Source of the DNA: a virus
Taxonomy: Duplodnaviria; Caudoviricetes
IMG/VR virus record: IMGVR_UViG_2775507096_000001
Coordinates: 34,757 to 98,756 of that record
DNA: 64,000 nt
Direction: 5' to 3' (one strand)
Shown: positions 36,990 through 46,559 of the stretch, piece by piece
How positions within the stretch are numbered: position 1 is the stretch's first letter
How the letters are laid out: every line of letters begins with the position of its first letter
Program-made: the position numbers and the translations under genes
Notes under the pieces: generated by a model
Told to the model about the DNA's origin: nothing
Database searches by the model: none
Seen by the model: the letters and a program-made list of their open reading frames with translations, nothing else

Positions 36990-38399
36990 ATGCGCATCCT
37001 GGCACTTCTACCGACGCAGGATCCCCCCGCGTACCTGCGCACTATGGCGGCGGCTGGGCACGAGGTGCACGTCGTCACCACGGTTCGTCGGCGGGAAAGC
37101 CCGCGCGAGGTCGACGGGGTGCGGGTGTGGCCGCTCGGCTACTGGTGGCGGGCCAAGCAGGCGGCTCGCCCCGAGGTGGTTGTGACGGTGGCCGGCGATC
37201 GGCAGGCGGAGCGCCTGGCGCCGAACCTGACGCGGGCACCGCGGCTCGTGCTGCCGCAGGCCGACGCGGACTTCGGCGAGTTCGAGGAGGCGTGCATTCG
37301 GCGCCTGCCCGCGCACCGGAAAGTCCAGGCCCGGGTCACGGTGCCCGCAGACCCGCTCGCCGGGGAACGCATCAAGGTGGTGGCGTGGATCCACTACGGG
37401 GTGCCCTACCGGCGCGCGGGCTCGGAGACGATGCTCCAGACGATGATGCGCGCCCTCCGCGATGCGGGCATGGGAGTGCTCGTGGTGTGCTCGTCGATGC
37501 CCGAGGCGCCACTGTCGTGGGAGGTGGACGGCGTCCCCTACCTGCACCTCTCACCGCACACGGCCGAGCTGCTGTTCCAGTCGATGCGACCACAGGTGAT
37601 GGTGACCCACCACAACTACGCGGCGCGCGCCACCGGCCTGGCTCGGGAGATCGGGGCGCGGTCGGTGCTGCTGATGCACTCCGACCACGACTTCTCGGCC
37701 CGCTCCCTGTGGGCCGGGCCCGACCTGATCGTCTACAACACGGAGTGGGTCAGGGCTTCGCTCGCCACCCGGTACCTGGAGGTCGACCGGACTCCAGCCC
37801 TGGTCGTGCGTCCGCCCGTCCTCCCCGACGAGCACCGGGCGCCGGCTACGGGGGACCGGGTCACTCTCGTCAACCTCAGCTCCGACAAGGGCGTCTACAC
37901 GTGGCGGGCCGTCGCCCACGCCCTGCCCCAGCTGCCGTTCCTCGGCGTGACCGGCGCGCACGGCCAGCAGGTGACCGGGCCGGCCCTGGCGAACATGCGT
38001 GTCCTGCCGCAGACCTCCGACATGCGCGGCGACGTGTGGGCGCACACCAGGGTGCTGCTCATGCCCAGCGTGTACGAGAGCTACGGCATGGCCGCTGTCG
38101 AAGCCCTCGCCTCCGGTATCCCCGTGATCGCCCACCCCACGCCGGGCCTGTGCGAGGCCCTCGGCGAGGCCGGCACGTTCATCGACCGCGACGACCACCG
38201 GGCGTGGGCGGACGCGGTCACGAACCTGTACGCGGAGGGCCCGCGCCGCGCTCAGGCGACCGCTGCGGCGCTGGCCCGCAGCGCGTTCCTCGCCAGCCAG
38301 GCGCGCACCGACCTGGCGGCGTGGACGGACGCCGTGAACGGCCTGGCCGAGAGCGTGCCAGAGCAGCGTGGCGCCCTCGCCGCCGCGGCGGCTGGCTAG
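36990..38399 (+). CDS. Glycosyltransferase, GT-B/GT4-like
   Basis: AGSE, NLSSDKG, LLMPSVYESYGMAAVEALASGIPVIA (E-x7-E motif). Confidence 0.9.
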   Translation: MRILALLPTQDPPAYLRTMAAAGHEVHVVTTVRRRESPREVDGVRVWPLGYWWRAKQAARPEVVVTVAGDRQAERLAPNLTRAPRLVLPQADADFGEFEEACIRRLPAHRKVQARVTVPADPLAGERIKVVAWIHYGVPYRRAGSETMLQTMMRALRDAGMGVLVVCSSMPEAPLSWEVDGVPYLHLSPHTAELLFQSMRPQVMVTHHNYAARATGLAREIGARSVLLMHSDHDFSARSLWAGPDLIVYNTEWVRASLATRYLEVDRTPALVVRPPVLPDEHRAPATGDRVTLVNLSSDKGVYTWRAVAHALPQLPFLGVTGAHGQQVTGPALANMRVLPQTSDMRGDVWAHTRVLLMPSVYESYGMAAVEALASGIPVIAHPTPGLCEALGEAGTFIDRDDHRAWADAVTNLYAEGPRRAQATAAALARSAFLASQARTDLAAWTDAVNGLAESVPEQRGALAAAAAG

Positions 38400-38425
38400 A
38401 CTTTCACTGCCGATGGTTCAGGGCC
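38397..38425 (+). promoter_or_regulatory. Late promoter + leader motif (copy 2, major tail)
   Basis: TAGACT(38397)-N11-TGGTTCAGGGCC(38414). Confidence 0.65.
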
Positions 38426-38455
38426 TGGCTCTCTGCTGTGAGGGAGCTACGGCCC

Positions 38456-39148
38456 ATGTCCTGTCCCCTGATCGCGAACGCGGACGTCCTGCGGATCACG
38501 CGTGTCGACCAGTGCGGTAACCCGGTCTGCGGTGACGACAACGCGTTCGTCGCGGAGTGCTTCAGCAGCATCGCGATGAACAACAACGTCGACGACGGCG
38601 ACGACATCGAGTACAAGGCGGCCAACGGGAAGGTCTGCGGCTACCGCAAGGGCTGCCCCGTGTTCCGTGGTTTCGATCTGGAGCTCAACATCTTCAGCGT
38701 CTCCCCGGAGATCCTGGAGCTGCTGACGGGCCAGCCGGTCGTTCTCGGCTTCGACGGGACCCCGATCGGCATCGACACCTGCGGCGTGGCCTGCAAGACC
38801 GGATTCGCCTTGGAGCTGTGGGCCGAGGTGCTGGGCGAGGAGTGCGCGGACGGCGCCCAGGGCCAGTGGCTGTACTTCTTGATGCCGTGGGTCAGCAACG
38901 GGCTCCTCGGCGATCTGGAGGTCGGCTCGGAGGCGGTGACCCTCCAGATCACCGGCTCGACCCGCGCGGGCGGCTCGTGGGGCGTCGGCCCGTACGACGT
39001 GATGCCGGTCGACGCGGCCGGCACACCGGGCCCGATGCTCACCCCGCTCGGGCCCGACTGCCACCGCCGGATCTTCCTCACGACCACGCCGCCGCCCACC
39101 CCGACGTGCGACTACCAGCCGGTCCTGTGCGGCTCCATGTCGGCGTGA
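38456..39148 (+). CDS. Major tail protein (probable, 230 aa)
   Basis: GGGAG RBS; RITRVD.CG, K.ANG.VC, FALELW, WGVGPYDV motifs of actinophage tail-tube proteins. Confidence 0.75.
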   Translation: MSCPLIANADVLRITRVDQCGNPVCGDDNAFVAECFSSIAMNNNVDDGDDIEYKAANGKVCGYRKGCPVFRGFDLELNIFSVSPEILELLTGQPVVLGFDGTPIGIDTCGVACKTGFALELWAEVLGEECADGAQGQWLYFLMPWVSNGLLGDLEVGSEAVTLQITGSTRAGGSWGVGPYDVMPVDAAGTPGPMLTPLGPDCHRRIFLTTTPPPTPTCDYQPVLCGSMSA

Positions 39149-39855
39149 TGGAGCTCGCGGATCTGGTCGTGCCGGTGCGGGAGGGCGCCAACAATGAGCT
39201 GCTGCGGTACGCGCTGCGGTCGTGGGCGGCGAACCTCCCGCACCGGCATGTGTGGATCGTCGGCTTCCGCCCGTGGTGGGCGGCCGGGGCCCGGCACATC
39301 CCCACCCACCAGCGCGGCAATTCGAGGTACGTCAACACCACGACCGCCATGCGTGCGGCGTGCGAACACCCCGAGGTGTCGGACCCGTTCATCTGGTGCA
39401 ACGACGACTTCTTCGTCATGCGCCCGCAACCGGAGCAACTGCCGGTGTACCACCGCGGCCCTGTGCGGGAGCTGGAGGCGCAGTTCGGGACCCGCTCGAC
39501 CCCCTACCTGGCCGAGATGCGCAGGACGCGGGACTTCCTCGTCGGGCTGGGGCACGACGACCCGGTCTCGTACGACCTGCACGTGCCGCTGCCCGTGGAG
39601 AAGACCGGGATGCTGCTGGCCCTGGACACAGCGCCAGGCCACGACGCCCACAAGCGCACCGTGTTCGGGGTCCTCAACGGCATCGGCGGCACCCCCATGG
39701 CCGACGTCAAGGTGCAGCATCGGGGGCCCCAGTTCGACGCCGGCTCGCCGTTCCTGTCGACGATGCCGGACAGCTTCGCGAACGGCGCAGTCGGCCGGTT
39801 CATTCGCGCGGCGTTCCCGGAGCCCTGCCCGTACGAGACGGGGAGGAGACGCTGA
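39148..39855 (+). CDS. Stealth-like hexose-1-phosphate transferase / glycosyltransferase (235 aa)
   Basis: TGATG coupling; ELLRYALRSW...HVWIVG..PWW and FIWCNDDFF (Stealth CR2-like), later H.P.P. Confidence 0.72.
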   Translation: MELADLVVPVREGANNELLRYALRSWAANLPHRHVWIVGFRPWWAAGARHIPTHQRGNSRYVNTTTAMRAACEHPEVSDPFIWCNDDFFVMRPQPEQLPVYHRGPVRELEAQFGTRSTPYLAEMRRTRDFLVGLGHDDPVSYDLHVPLPVEKTGMLLALDTAPGHDAHKRTVFGVLNGIGGTPMADVKVQHRGPQFDAGSPFLSTMPDSFANGAVGRFIRAAFPEPCPYETGRRR

Positions 39856-40661
39856 TGCTCCAGCCCTACCCCTGCGCGCCGTGGCCGTTCGTGCCGGACT
39901 GCTGCTCGCTACCCGAGGACACCAGCGAGGAGACGGTCGACAGATGGCGGCGCGTCGCAACAAACCTGCTCTGGGCCCTGTCCGGCCGGCGCTGGGGCCC
40001 GCTGTGCCCGTTCACGGTCAGGCCGTGCCGCCGCAGCTGCCTGGACGGCTACCCGCTCGGGGTGCGGTGGGCGACGGCCGGCCCGTGGGTGCCGTACCTG
40101 GGCCGGGACGGGCAGTGGCGGAACGCGTCCGTGTGCGGGTGCGCGAGCGACTGTTCGTGCGGGGAGCTGTGCGAAGTGCGGCTGGAGGGCCCCGTCCACG
40201 ACATCGTGTCCGTCGAGGTCGACGGCGTAACCCTCGATCCGTCCGCCTACCGGGTGGATGCGTCGAACCTGCTCGTTCGCACCGATGGTGAATGCTGGCC
40301 GGACTGCCAGGACATGGCCGCTCCCTGTGGAGCGCCGAACACGTTCTGCGTGACGTACCGGGTCGGGCTGCCTCTCGACGAAGCGGCGCTCGCCGCGTTC
40401 TCCGCGCTGGTCTGTCACCTGGTCAAGGGGTGCGGCGGCTCGTGCGGCTGCAACCTCCAGCGGAACCGGAACCTGAGCAGGGTGTCCCGACAGGGCGTCG
40501 ACCTGGAGTTCAGCGACCCGATCACCATGTACACCGAGAGGCTGACCGGGCTGCCCGAGGTCGACTCCTGGCTCATGGCCGTGAACCCCTACCGGCAGAC
40601 CTCACAGAGCCGCGTGTTCTCCGTCGACCACCGGCGACCCCGAACCACCACCCACCCGTAA
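39855..40661 (+). CDS. Head-to-tail adaptor (probable)
   Basis: LWALSGRRWG.C..TVRPC, WP.CQ, RQGV, TGLPEVD.WL..VNP. Confidence 0.72.
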   Translation: MLQPYPCAPWPFVPDCCSLPEDTSEETVDRWRRVATNLLWALSGRRWGPLCPFTVRPCRRSCLDGYPLGVRWATAGPWVPYLGRDGQWRNASVCGCASDCSCGELCEVRLEGPVHDIVSVEVDGVTLDPSAYRVDASNLLVRTDGECWPDCQDMAAPCGAPNTFCVTYRVGLPLDEAALAAFSALVCHLVKGCGGSCGCNLQRNRNLSRVSRQGVDLEFSDPITMYTERLTGLPEVDSWLMAVNPYRQTSQSRVFSVDHRRPRTTTHP

Positions 40662-40672
40662 GGCAGACACGC

Positions 40673-41266
40673 ATGGCACTGAGCCCGCTGGCGATCGACG
40701 AACTCGCCGAGACCGTCCTGGCGTGCGTGTGCGCCGCCCTCGATGAGGTCGCCACCGAGGTGGAGGGGCATCCGGGCTGCCCGGACTGCCGGCGCTGCGT
40801 CGTCCCCGGCCTGCCCGCCTGGGACGGCTGCGAAGACCCCTGCACCGGCAGCACGGGCGGGCAGCTGTCGGTCAACGTGACCCGCGTCTTCCCGTCCACG
40901 ATGCAGAGCTTCCCGTCGCAGGACCAGACCGTGCGGGACGCCCGGAACTGCCAGCCTCCGCCGGTCACCGCGGTGGAGCTGGTCATCACGGTGCTGCGGT
41001 GCGCGCCCGTCCCGAACGAGGAAGGCTGCCCGCCGAGCTGTGAGGAGCTGCGGGAGGCCGCGAGGATCCTGCACGTCGACGCGCTGGCGGTCTACAACGC
41101 GCTGCTGTGCTGCCTGCCGCACACCGCGCCCCAGGGGCGGCGAGGCCGCCGCTTCGTTCTCGGGCAGCAGCGCACCGTCGGCCCGCAGGGCGGGTGCGTC
41201 GGCATCGAGCAGACCGTCACGGTGGCGCTGCCGCCCTGCTCGCCCTGTGCGGAGGGCCCGGTATGA
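40673..41266 (+). CDS. Head-tail joining / tail terminator protein (probable)
   Basis: WD.C..GQL.V, LRC, GPQGGCVG; position. Confidence 0.6.
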   Translation: MALSPLAIDELAETVLACVCAALDEVATEVEGHPGCPDCRRCVVPGLPAWDGCEDPCTGSTGGQLSVNVTRVFPSTMQSFPSQDQTVRDARNCQPPPVTAVELVITVLRCAPVPNEEGCPPSCEELREAARILHVDALAVYNALLCCLPHTAPQGRRGRRFVLGQQRTVGPQGGCVGIEQTVTVALPPCSPCAEGPV

Positions 41267-41643
41267 GCGCCGAGGTGAGGATGGAACCCGGGCGGATCGC
41301 CCGGTTCCTGCGGCTGCGCGGCGGCCGGGTCGAGCGGAAGCTGCGGGAGCGCACTGCCAGGGTGGCGCGGATCGCCGAGCAGGAGGCGCCTGGGTCGATG
41401 GGCCGGTACATCAGCTGGGACGTCCAGCAGGGGCCCCGCGGTCTTGAGGGTGTCGTCCGGTGCGACCACCCGGCGGTGCTCTACGTGCTGCACGGGACCA
41501 GGCCTCACCTGATCCGGCCGCGCCGGCGTAACGGCGTGCTCCGGTTCGAGGTCGGCGGAGAGGTGGTGTTCACTCGGCTGGTGCGGCATCCCGGCACCAG
41601 GGCGAACAACTTCCTCGGCCGCGCGCTGCGCATGGGCCGCTGA
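41263..41643 (+). CDS. HK97 gp10-like tail completion protein
   Basis: YVLHGTRPHLIRP..LRF..VRHPGT..N.FL.RAL. Confidence 0.72.
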   Translation: MSAEVRMEPGRIARFLRLRGGRVERKLRERTARVARIAEQEAPGSMGRYISWDVQQGPRGLEGVVRCDHPAVLYVLHGTRPHLIRPRRRNGVLRFEVGGEVVFTRLVRHPGTRANNFLGRALRMGR

Positions 41644-41681
41644 TCCCCGTCGGCTTGTACAGGGCCGTTGGGGTGTGCGGC

Positions 41682-41712
41682 TACCCTTCTGGGTGCCGAC
41701 TGGTTGAGGGCC
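41682..41712 (+). promoter_or_regulatory. Late promoter + leader motif (copy 3, tail chaperone)
   Basis: TACCCT(41682)-N13-TGGTTGAGGGCC(41701). Confidence 0.62.
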
Positions 41713-41743
41713 GGGCACGGAGCGGAAGAGAAGGACGAGACCC

Positions 41744-42286
41744 GTGCGGAAGACCATCGCGCTCAACACCGAGCCTCACATCATCGAGGTCGGCCCCCAC
41801 GAGCTGGAGCTGCAACCCGAGGTGTACGGCGACGAGTTCGTGGACGCCTACATGGAGCTTCAGGAGGCGCAGAAGGCGAAGGGCGTCGACCTGGAGAACC
41901 TGGAGGAAGCCGACCCGACGACGCTGCGGAAGACGATGCGCGCGGTCCGGGTGTTCCTGGCCCGGCAGATGCTGCCCGAGTCGGCGGAGTTCTTCCTGCG
42001 CCTGGACGTCGTGCGCGACGGGAAGGTGCTGGAGTCGTTCCAGGACGAGGACCAGGCGCTGGCGTTCGCCGCCGAGCACCCGGGCGCCCGGGCGCAGGAC
42101 GCGCTGCGGCTGCCGGTGCGCGCCGTCGCCGAGATGCTGGAGGCTGTCGTCGAGCTGTACGGCGCGGGTAGTGGGAACCGCCCTACTGGGTCGTCTTCCG
42201 GCTCTGCGCCCAGGTCGCGGCCTGGTGGGACTCGTGGGACGGGACCCTCGCCCTCCAGGGCATCGACCCCCATCAGTGGCCGCTGA
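41744..42286 (+). CDS. Tail assembly chaperone (gpG-like)
   Basis: Upstream of tape measure; ELYG..RPT followed by a low-complexity Ser/Gly tail. Confidence 0.78.
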   Translation: MRKTIALNTEPHIIEVGPHELELQPEVYGDEFVDAYMELQEAQKAKGVDLENLEEADPTTLRKTMRAVRVFLARQMLPESAEFFLRLDVVRDGKVLESFQDEDQALAFAAEHPGARAQDALRLPVRAVAEMLEAVVELYGAGSGNRPTGSSSGSAPRSRPGGTRGTGPSPSRASTPISGR

Positions 42287-42504
42287 AGCGGATGCTGAAC
42301 GCGGCCGAGGCGCAGATCGAGGCCGGCGCGAAGGACGACAGCGAGCGGGCCCGGAGACGGGCGGAGTTGTATGCCCCGCCGAAGGGCTACCGGCCTCGTG
42401 CGGGGGCCGCTGGGCGGCCCAGACCGGCCGGGATGAGCGTCGCCGACGCGCAGGCGCTGATGGCCGCGATGGCGAGCGAGGACGCACGGCTGATGGGCCG
42501 CTAG
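42181..42504 (+). CDS. Frameshift (-1) extension of the tail chaperone (gpT-like)
   Basis: -1 frame open 42172-42504 (PYWVVFRLCAQ..GIDP..MLN..); no SD before ATG 42292. Confidence 0.65.
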   Translation, partial: PYWVVFRLCAQVAAWWDSWDGTLALQGIDPHQWPLKRMLNAAEAQIEAGAKDDSERARRRAELYAPPKGYRPRAGAAGRPRPAGMSVADAQALMAAMASEDARLMGR

Positions 42505-42555
42505 CGGATAATCTGAAGATCGACCGCCCCGCCTGCCGGGGCGGTCCAAGCTGAC

Positions 42556-42567
42556 TGGTTCAGGGCC
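42556..42567 (+). promoter_or_regulatory. Leader motif (copy 4, tape measure)
   Basis: TGGTTCAGGGCC; TAATCT at 42509 with a hairpin (42522-42546) in between. Confidence 0.6.
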
Positions 42568-42597
42568 GGGCAACCACACGCGGAAGCGGGTTGCCTG

Positions 42598-45500
42598 GTG
42601 GCCGGCGAAGACGAGGACTTCGGGTCAGCGCATATCACGATCGACCTCGATGACACCGGGGTCGTCGCTGATGCGCAGCAGCTCGGGCGGCGGATCCAGG
42701 CGGCGCTGAACCGGGCGACGAACGGTATCGCGCGGCAGATCCAGCGGAACCTTCAGAACAGCCTGCGCAACGTCTCGGTGCAGATCCGGGTGGAGCCGGA
42801 CCTGTCCCGGTTCGATGCACGGCTCCTTGCCGGGTTGTCCGGGATCGAGTCGCTGAACATCCCGGTGACGCCGGACGTCACCTTCTTCATGGAGCGGCTG
42901 CGGGCCGCTCTCGCCGGCGAAGAGGTCTCCATCCGCGTCGTCCCCGACCTGGACGACTTCGACGACCGGATACGCCGGCACAACGCGCCCAGCGTCCGGG
43001 TGCCCGCGGACGTCGATACGAACCGGTTCACGCGCTCGCTGGCGGGGCTGGCCGGGATCGCGGGCGGTGTCGGCCGGACCCTGGCGGGCGTCCTCCGGTT
43101 CGGTGCGATCGGTATTGCGGCGGCGGGCGCCGCGCAAGGTGTGGCGGCGCTGGCCGGTGCGCTCGCCCCCGCGGTCGGGATCGTCGCGGCGGCCCCGGCC
43201 GCGTTCCTCGGCGTGCAGGCGGCTCTCGGCACGCTGAAGCTCGCCCTGGCCGGTGTAGGGGACGCGTTCACGGCGGCGCTGACCGGCGACGCGGACGAGT
43301 TCGAGAAGTCCCTGGAAGGACTGTCCCCGGCGGCGCAGGCGGCAGCGAAGGAAGTCCGTGCACTCAAGCCCGCGTTCGACTCGCTGAAGTCGAGCGTGCA
43401 GGGCGCGTTCTTCAAGCCGCTGCGCGGGGACATCGAGGCGGCGGCGAAGGCTCTCGGAGGGCCGCTGAAGGCCGGCATGACCGGTGTGGCCAGCGAGTTC
43501 GGGCGGCTGGCGTCGTCGGTGGCCGGGTTCGCGAAGTCGTCGTCTGCGGTCAACCTCGTCAAGGGCGTCTTCGCCGGACTGAGGACCGAGATAGCGGGGA
43601 TCAAGTCCGACAGCGTCGACCGGCTACTCACGGCCATCGCGCGGTTCACGTCGTCGACGCTGCCCGCCTTTCGGGGGCTGGGCGGCGTCCTGGACGGGGT
43701 GGTCAACAAGGTCGCCTCGTTCCTGGAGAACGCCACCCGGGCGGGCGACGGCCTGAAGTGGATCCAGGGCGCGCTCACCGTCTTCCGGCAGCTCGGTGGG
43801 ATCGCCCAGAACGTCGGCTCGATCTTGTCCAGCGTCTTCAAGGCGGCCGGCGACGTCGGCGGCGGGCTCCTGGCGAACATCCAGACGATCACCGGGCAGA
43901 TCGCCCAGTTCCTGAAGACCGCGTCCGGGCAGTCAGCGGTCCAGAACCTCTTCGGCACCATCGCGTCGATCGCGCAGCAGCTGGGGCCGATCCTGGCCGC
44001 GCTGGTGACGCAGATCGGCCAGATCGCGCCCGCCCTGGCACCGGTCTTCCAGACCCTGGGGCCGGCGCTGACGGGCCTGATCGACGCGCTGGGGCCCGCT
44101 CTGGCGGGGATAGCGCCGAGCCTTCAGGCCATCGCGACGGGGCTGGCCGGCGCGTTCGAGGTGATCGGTCCCAGCCTCGGCCCGCTCGGCGAGGCCATCG
44201 GCCAGGTCATCGAGGCGCTGGCGCCGCTGCTGCCGCTCGTCGGGCAGATCGTGTCCGTACTCGCGACAGCGCTCGCACCGGTGCTGTCCGCGCTGGCGCA
44301 GGCGTTCGAGCCGATCATTGAGGAAGTGGTCGCGCAGCTGATGCCGGTGCTGCCGCCGCTTGCGGACGCTTTCGTGCAGCTCGTGCAGGCCCTGACGCCG
44401 CTCGCCGTGGGGATCGGCCAGGCCGTCGCTGATGTGTTCGCGCAGCTCGCGCCGCTCCTGCCGCCGCTCGCGCAGGCCGTGGGGCAGATCGTCGCGGCGT
44501 TCGTCCCGCTGATCCAGCAGATCACGGCCGCCCTGCTGCCGATCCTGCCGAGCCTGGTCGATGCGTTCATGGCGATCGTCGAGGCCGTGCTGCCGCTCGT
44601 GCAGCCTGTCGCCGACCTCGTCGCCGCGGTCGCCCCGCTGGCCGGGATGCTGCTCCAGATCGTGACGCCGCTGGTCCAGGTGGCGGCGGCGTTCGCCGGC
44701 TGGCTCGTTCTCCAGGGCGTCGTGCCCCTGGTGCAGGGCGTGGTCTCAGTGCTGACCGGCCTGATCACCACGATCACGGCCGTCGTCACGTTCATCACGA
44801 ACCTGCCGTCGATGATCATGTCCGGGCTGTCACAGCTCGGTTCGCTGATCTCCTCGGCGTTCCTGGTGGTCGTCACGTTCTTCCAGAACCTGCCGTCGAT
44901 GATCATGGCGGCGCTGCAAGCGTTGCCCGGCCTGTTGTCGTCCTTGTTCCACCAGTCACTTCAGGCCGTCGGTACCGCCATCGGTACTGGGATCGGCCTG
45001 GCGATCGCCCTCTTCACGCAGTTCCCCGGCATGGCGGTCAACGCGCTCGCCTCGCTCGGGGGCCGGCTCGCCTCGCTGCTGCTGTCGGCGTGGGCCTCGG
45101 CCCGGTCGGCGACCAGCTCGGGCATCGCGAGCGTCGTCTCGTTCTTCTCGCAGTTGCCAGGCCGCGCGGCGTCGGCGATCTCGTCGCTGCCGGGCCGGGC
45201 GGCGGCGGTGCTGCGGTCGGCCGGCTCGTCCATGCTGTCCTCCGCGACCTTGGCCGTCGCGGGGGTCGTGTCGTACTTCGCCGGGTTGCCGTCCAGGGTT
45301 CGGGGCGCCCTGGCGGGTGCCTCGGGAGCGCTGGTCGGTGTCGGCCGGGACCTGGTCGCCGGTCTGATCAGCGGTGTCAGGGCGATGGCCGGGGCGGTCG
45401 CCTCCGCTGCGAAGGACGTGGTCGGTTCGGCGATCAGCGCCGCGAAAAGTGCACTGAAGATCGGCTCGCCGTCGAAGGTGTTCATCGAGATCGGCCGCGA

Positions 45501-46554
45501 CACCGGCAAGGGCTTCGTGATCGGTCTGACCGGGTCGGCCGCGGAGATCAAGCAGACCACCGACAAGATCGCGCAGGACATCCGGAACGCGTTCAGGGGC
45601 AAGAAGACGAAGCTGGACGACCAGCTGTTGAGGCTGGTGTCGGACGGCAACAAGCAGCTGACCAAGCTGGCGGACCAGCGCGACGCCATTGCGAAACGAA
45701 TCGCCGACGCCAAGAAGTTCGCGGCCGACACCGCCGCGTCGGCGTTGCAGGGCTTCAGCCTCCAGAACCTCACCCAGGGCGGCATCAGCAAGTTCGCCAT
45801 CACCGAGGGCCTGGACCAGGCGATCACCCAGGTGAAGAACTTCACCAAGCAGGTCAACGACCTGTCCAAGCGCGGCCTGCGGAAGGATCTGTTGCAGCAG
45901 ATCATCGCGCTCGGCCCGCAGCAGGGCGCGCAGCTCGCCTCGTTCCTGTCGACCCAGTCCACGGCCAGTTTGAAGCAGATCAACTCGCTTCAGAAGAAGC
46001 TCGTCGACGCGACGAACGGCCTCGGCAAGAGCGCGGCCGACGACCTGTTCGACGCGGGGAAGCAGGCCAGCGCGGGCTTCTTGGCCGGGTTGAAGGCGCA
46101 GCAGAAAGACATCGACGATCTGATGCTGAAGATCGCGCTGTCCATGCAGAAGAGCATCCGGAAGGCTCTCGGGATCAAGTCGCCGTCGCGGGTGTTCATG
46201 AAGATCGGTGACCTCACTGGCGCCGGTTTGCAGCGTGGTCTGCTTGGCCGGCTGGGCGACCTGGCGAACTCGGCGAAGGTCTCGGCCCGGCGTCTCAGCG
46301 ACGCGGTCAGTCAGCCGCTGGCCGGCCTGGCGAGTGTGGTTGCCGGGCCGGTGGTGCAGCCGTCGCTCGGCGACCTCACCGCGGCCGGTCTCGTCCTCCC
46401 GGTGCCGGGGCAGCGCGCCGCGAGCGGCCTGGGCGCGGTGCGCAGCCCGATCGGGGCGCAGATCACGAACAACATCACCGTGCAGGCGGCCGACGACCCC
46501 GAGCAGACAGCCCGCGTGGTCCTACGGCGCATCGCGCTGGCGAACCTGACCTGA
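42598..46554 (+). CDS. Tape measure protein (1318 aa)
   Basis: Long Ala/Leu/Gly helical protein with 11-residue Pro-periodic repeats and two I.SPS.VF motifs. Confidence 0.93.
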   Translation: MAGEDEDFGSAHITIDLDDTGVVADAQQLGRRIQAALNRATNGIARQIQRNLQNSLRNVSVQIRVEPDLSRFDARLLAGLSGIESLNIPVTPDVTFFMERLRAALAGEEVSIRVVPDLDDFDDRIRRHNAPSVRVPADVDTNRFTRSLAGLAGIAGGVGRTLAGVLRFGAIGIAAAGAAQGVAALAGALAPAVGIVAAAPAAFLGVQAALGTLKLALAGVGDAFTAALTGDADEFEKSLEGLSPAAQAAAKEVRALKPAFDSLKSSVQGAFFKPLRGDIEAAAKALGGPLKAGMTGVASEFGRLASSVAGFAKSSSAVNLVKGVFAGLRTEIAGIKSDSVDRLLTAIARFTSSTLPAFRGLGGVLDGVVNKVASFLENATRAGDGLKWIQGALTVFRQLGGIAQNVGSILSSVFKAAGDVGGGLLANIQTITGQIAQFLKTASGQSAVQNLFGTIASIAQQLGPILAALVTQIGQIAPALAPVFQTLGPALTGLIDALGPALAGIAPSLQAIATGLAGAFEVIGPSLGPLGEAIGQVIEALAPLLPLVGQIVSVLATALAPVLSALAQAFEPIIEEVVAQLMPVLPPLADAFVQLVQALTPLAVGIGQAVADVFAQLAPLLPPLAQAVGQIVAAFVPLIQQITAALLPILPSLVDAFMAIVEAVLPLVQPVADLVAAVAPLAGMLLQIVTPLVQVAAAFAGWLVLQGVVPLVQGVVSVLTGLITTITAVVTFITNLPSMIMSGLSQLGSLISSAFLVVVTFFQNLPSMIMAALQALPGLLSSLFHQSLQAVGTAIGTGIGLAIALFTQFPGMAVNALASLGGRLASLLLSAWASARSATSSGIASVVSFFSQLPGRAASAISSLPGRAAAVLRSAGSSMLSSATLAVAGVVSYFAGLPSRVRGALAGASGALVGVGRDLVAGLISGVRAMAGAVASAAKDVVGSAISAAKSALKIGSPSKVFIEIGRDTGKGFVIGLTGSAAEIKQTTDKIAQDIRNAFRGKKTKLDDQLLRLVSDGNKQLTKLADQRDAIAKRIADAKKFAADTAASALQGFSLQNLTQGGISKFAITEGLDQAITQVKNFTKQVNDLSKRGLRKDLLQQIIALGPQQGAQLASFLSTQSTASLKQINSLQKKLVDATNGLGKSAADDLFDAGKQASAGFLAGLKAQQKDIDDLMLKIALSMQKSIRKALGIKSPSRVFMKIGDLTGAGLQRGLLGRLGDLANSAKVSARRLSDAVSQPLAGLASVVAGPVVQPSLGDLTAAGLVLPVPGQRAASGLGAVRSPIGAQITNNITVQAADDPEQTARVVLRRIALANLT

Positions 46555-46559
46555 GAGAG

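Noticed and set aside
44800-44910. Repeated AACCTGCCGTCGATGATCATG in the tape measure gene
   Set aside because: Ordinary internal repeat of tape measure proteins.
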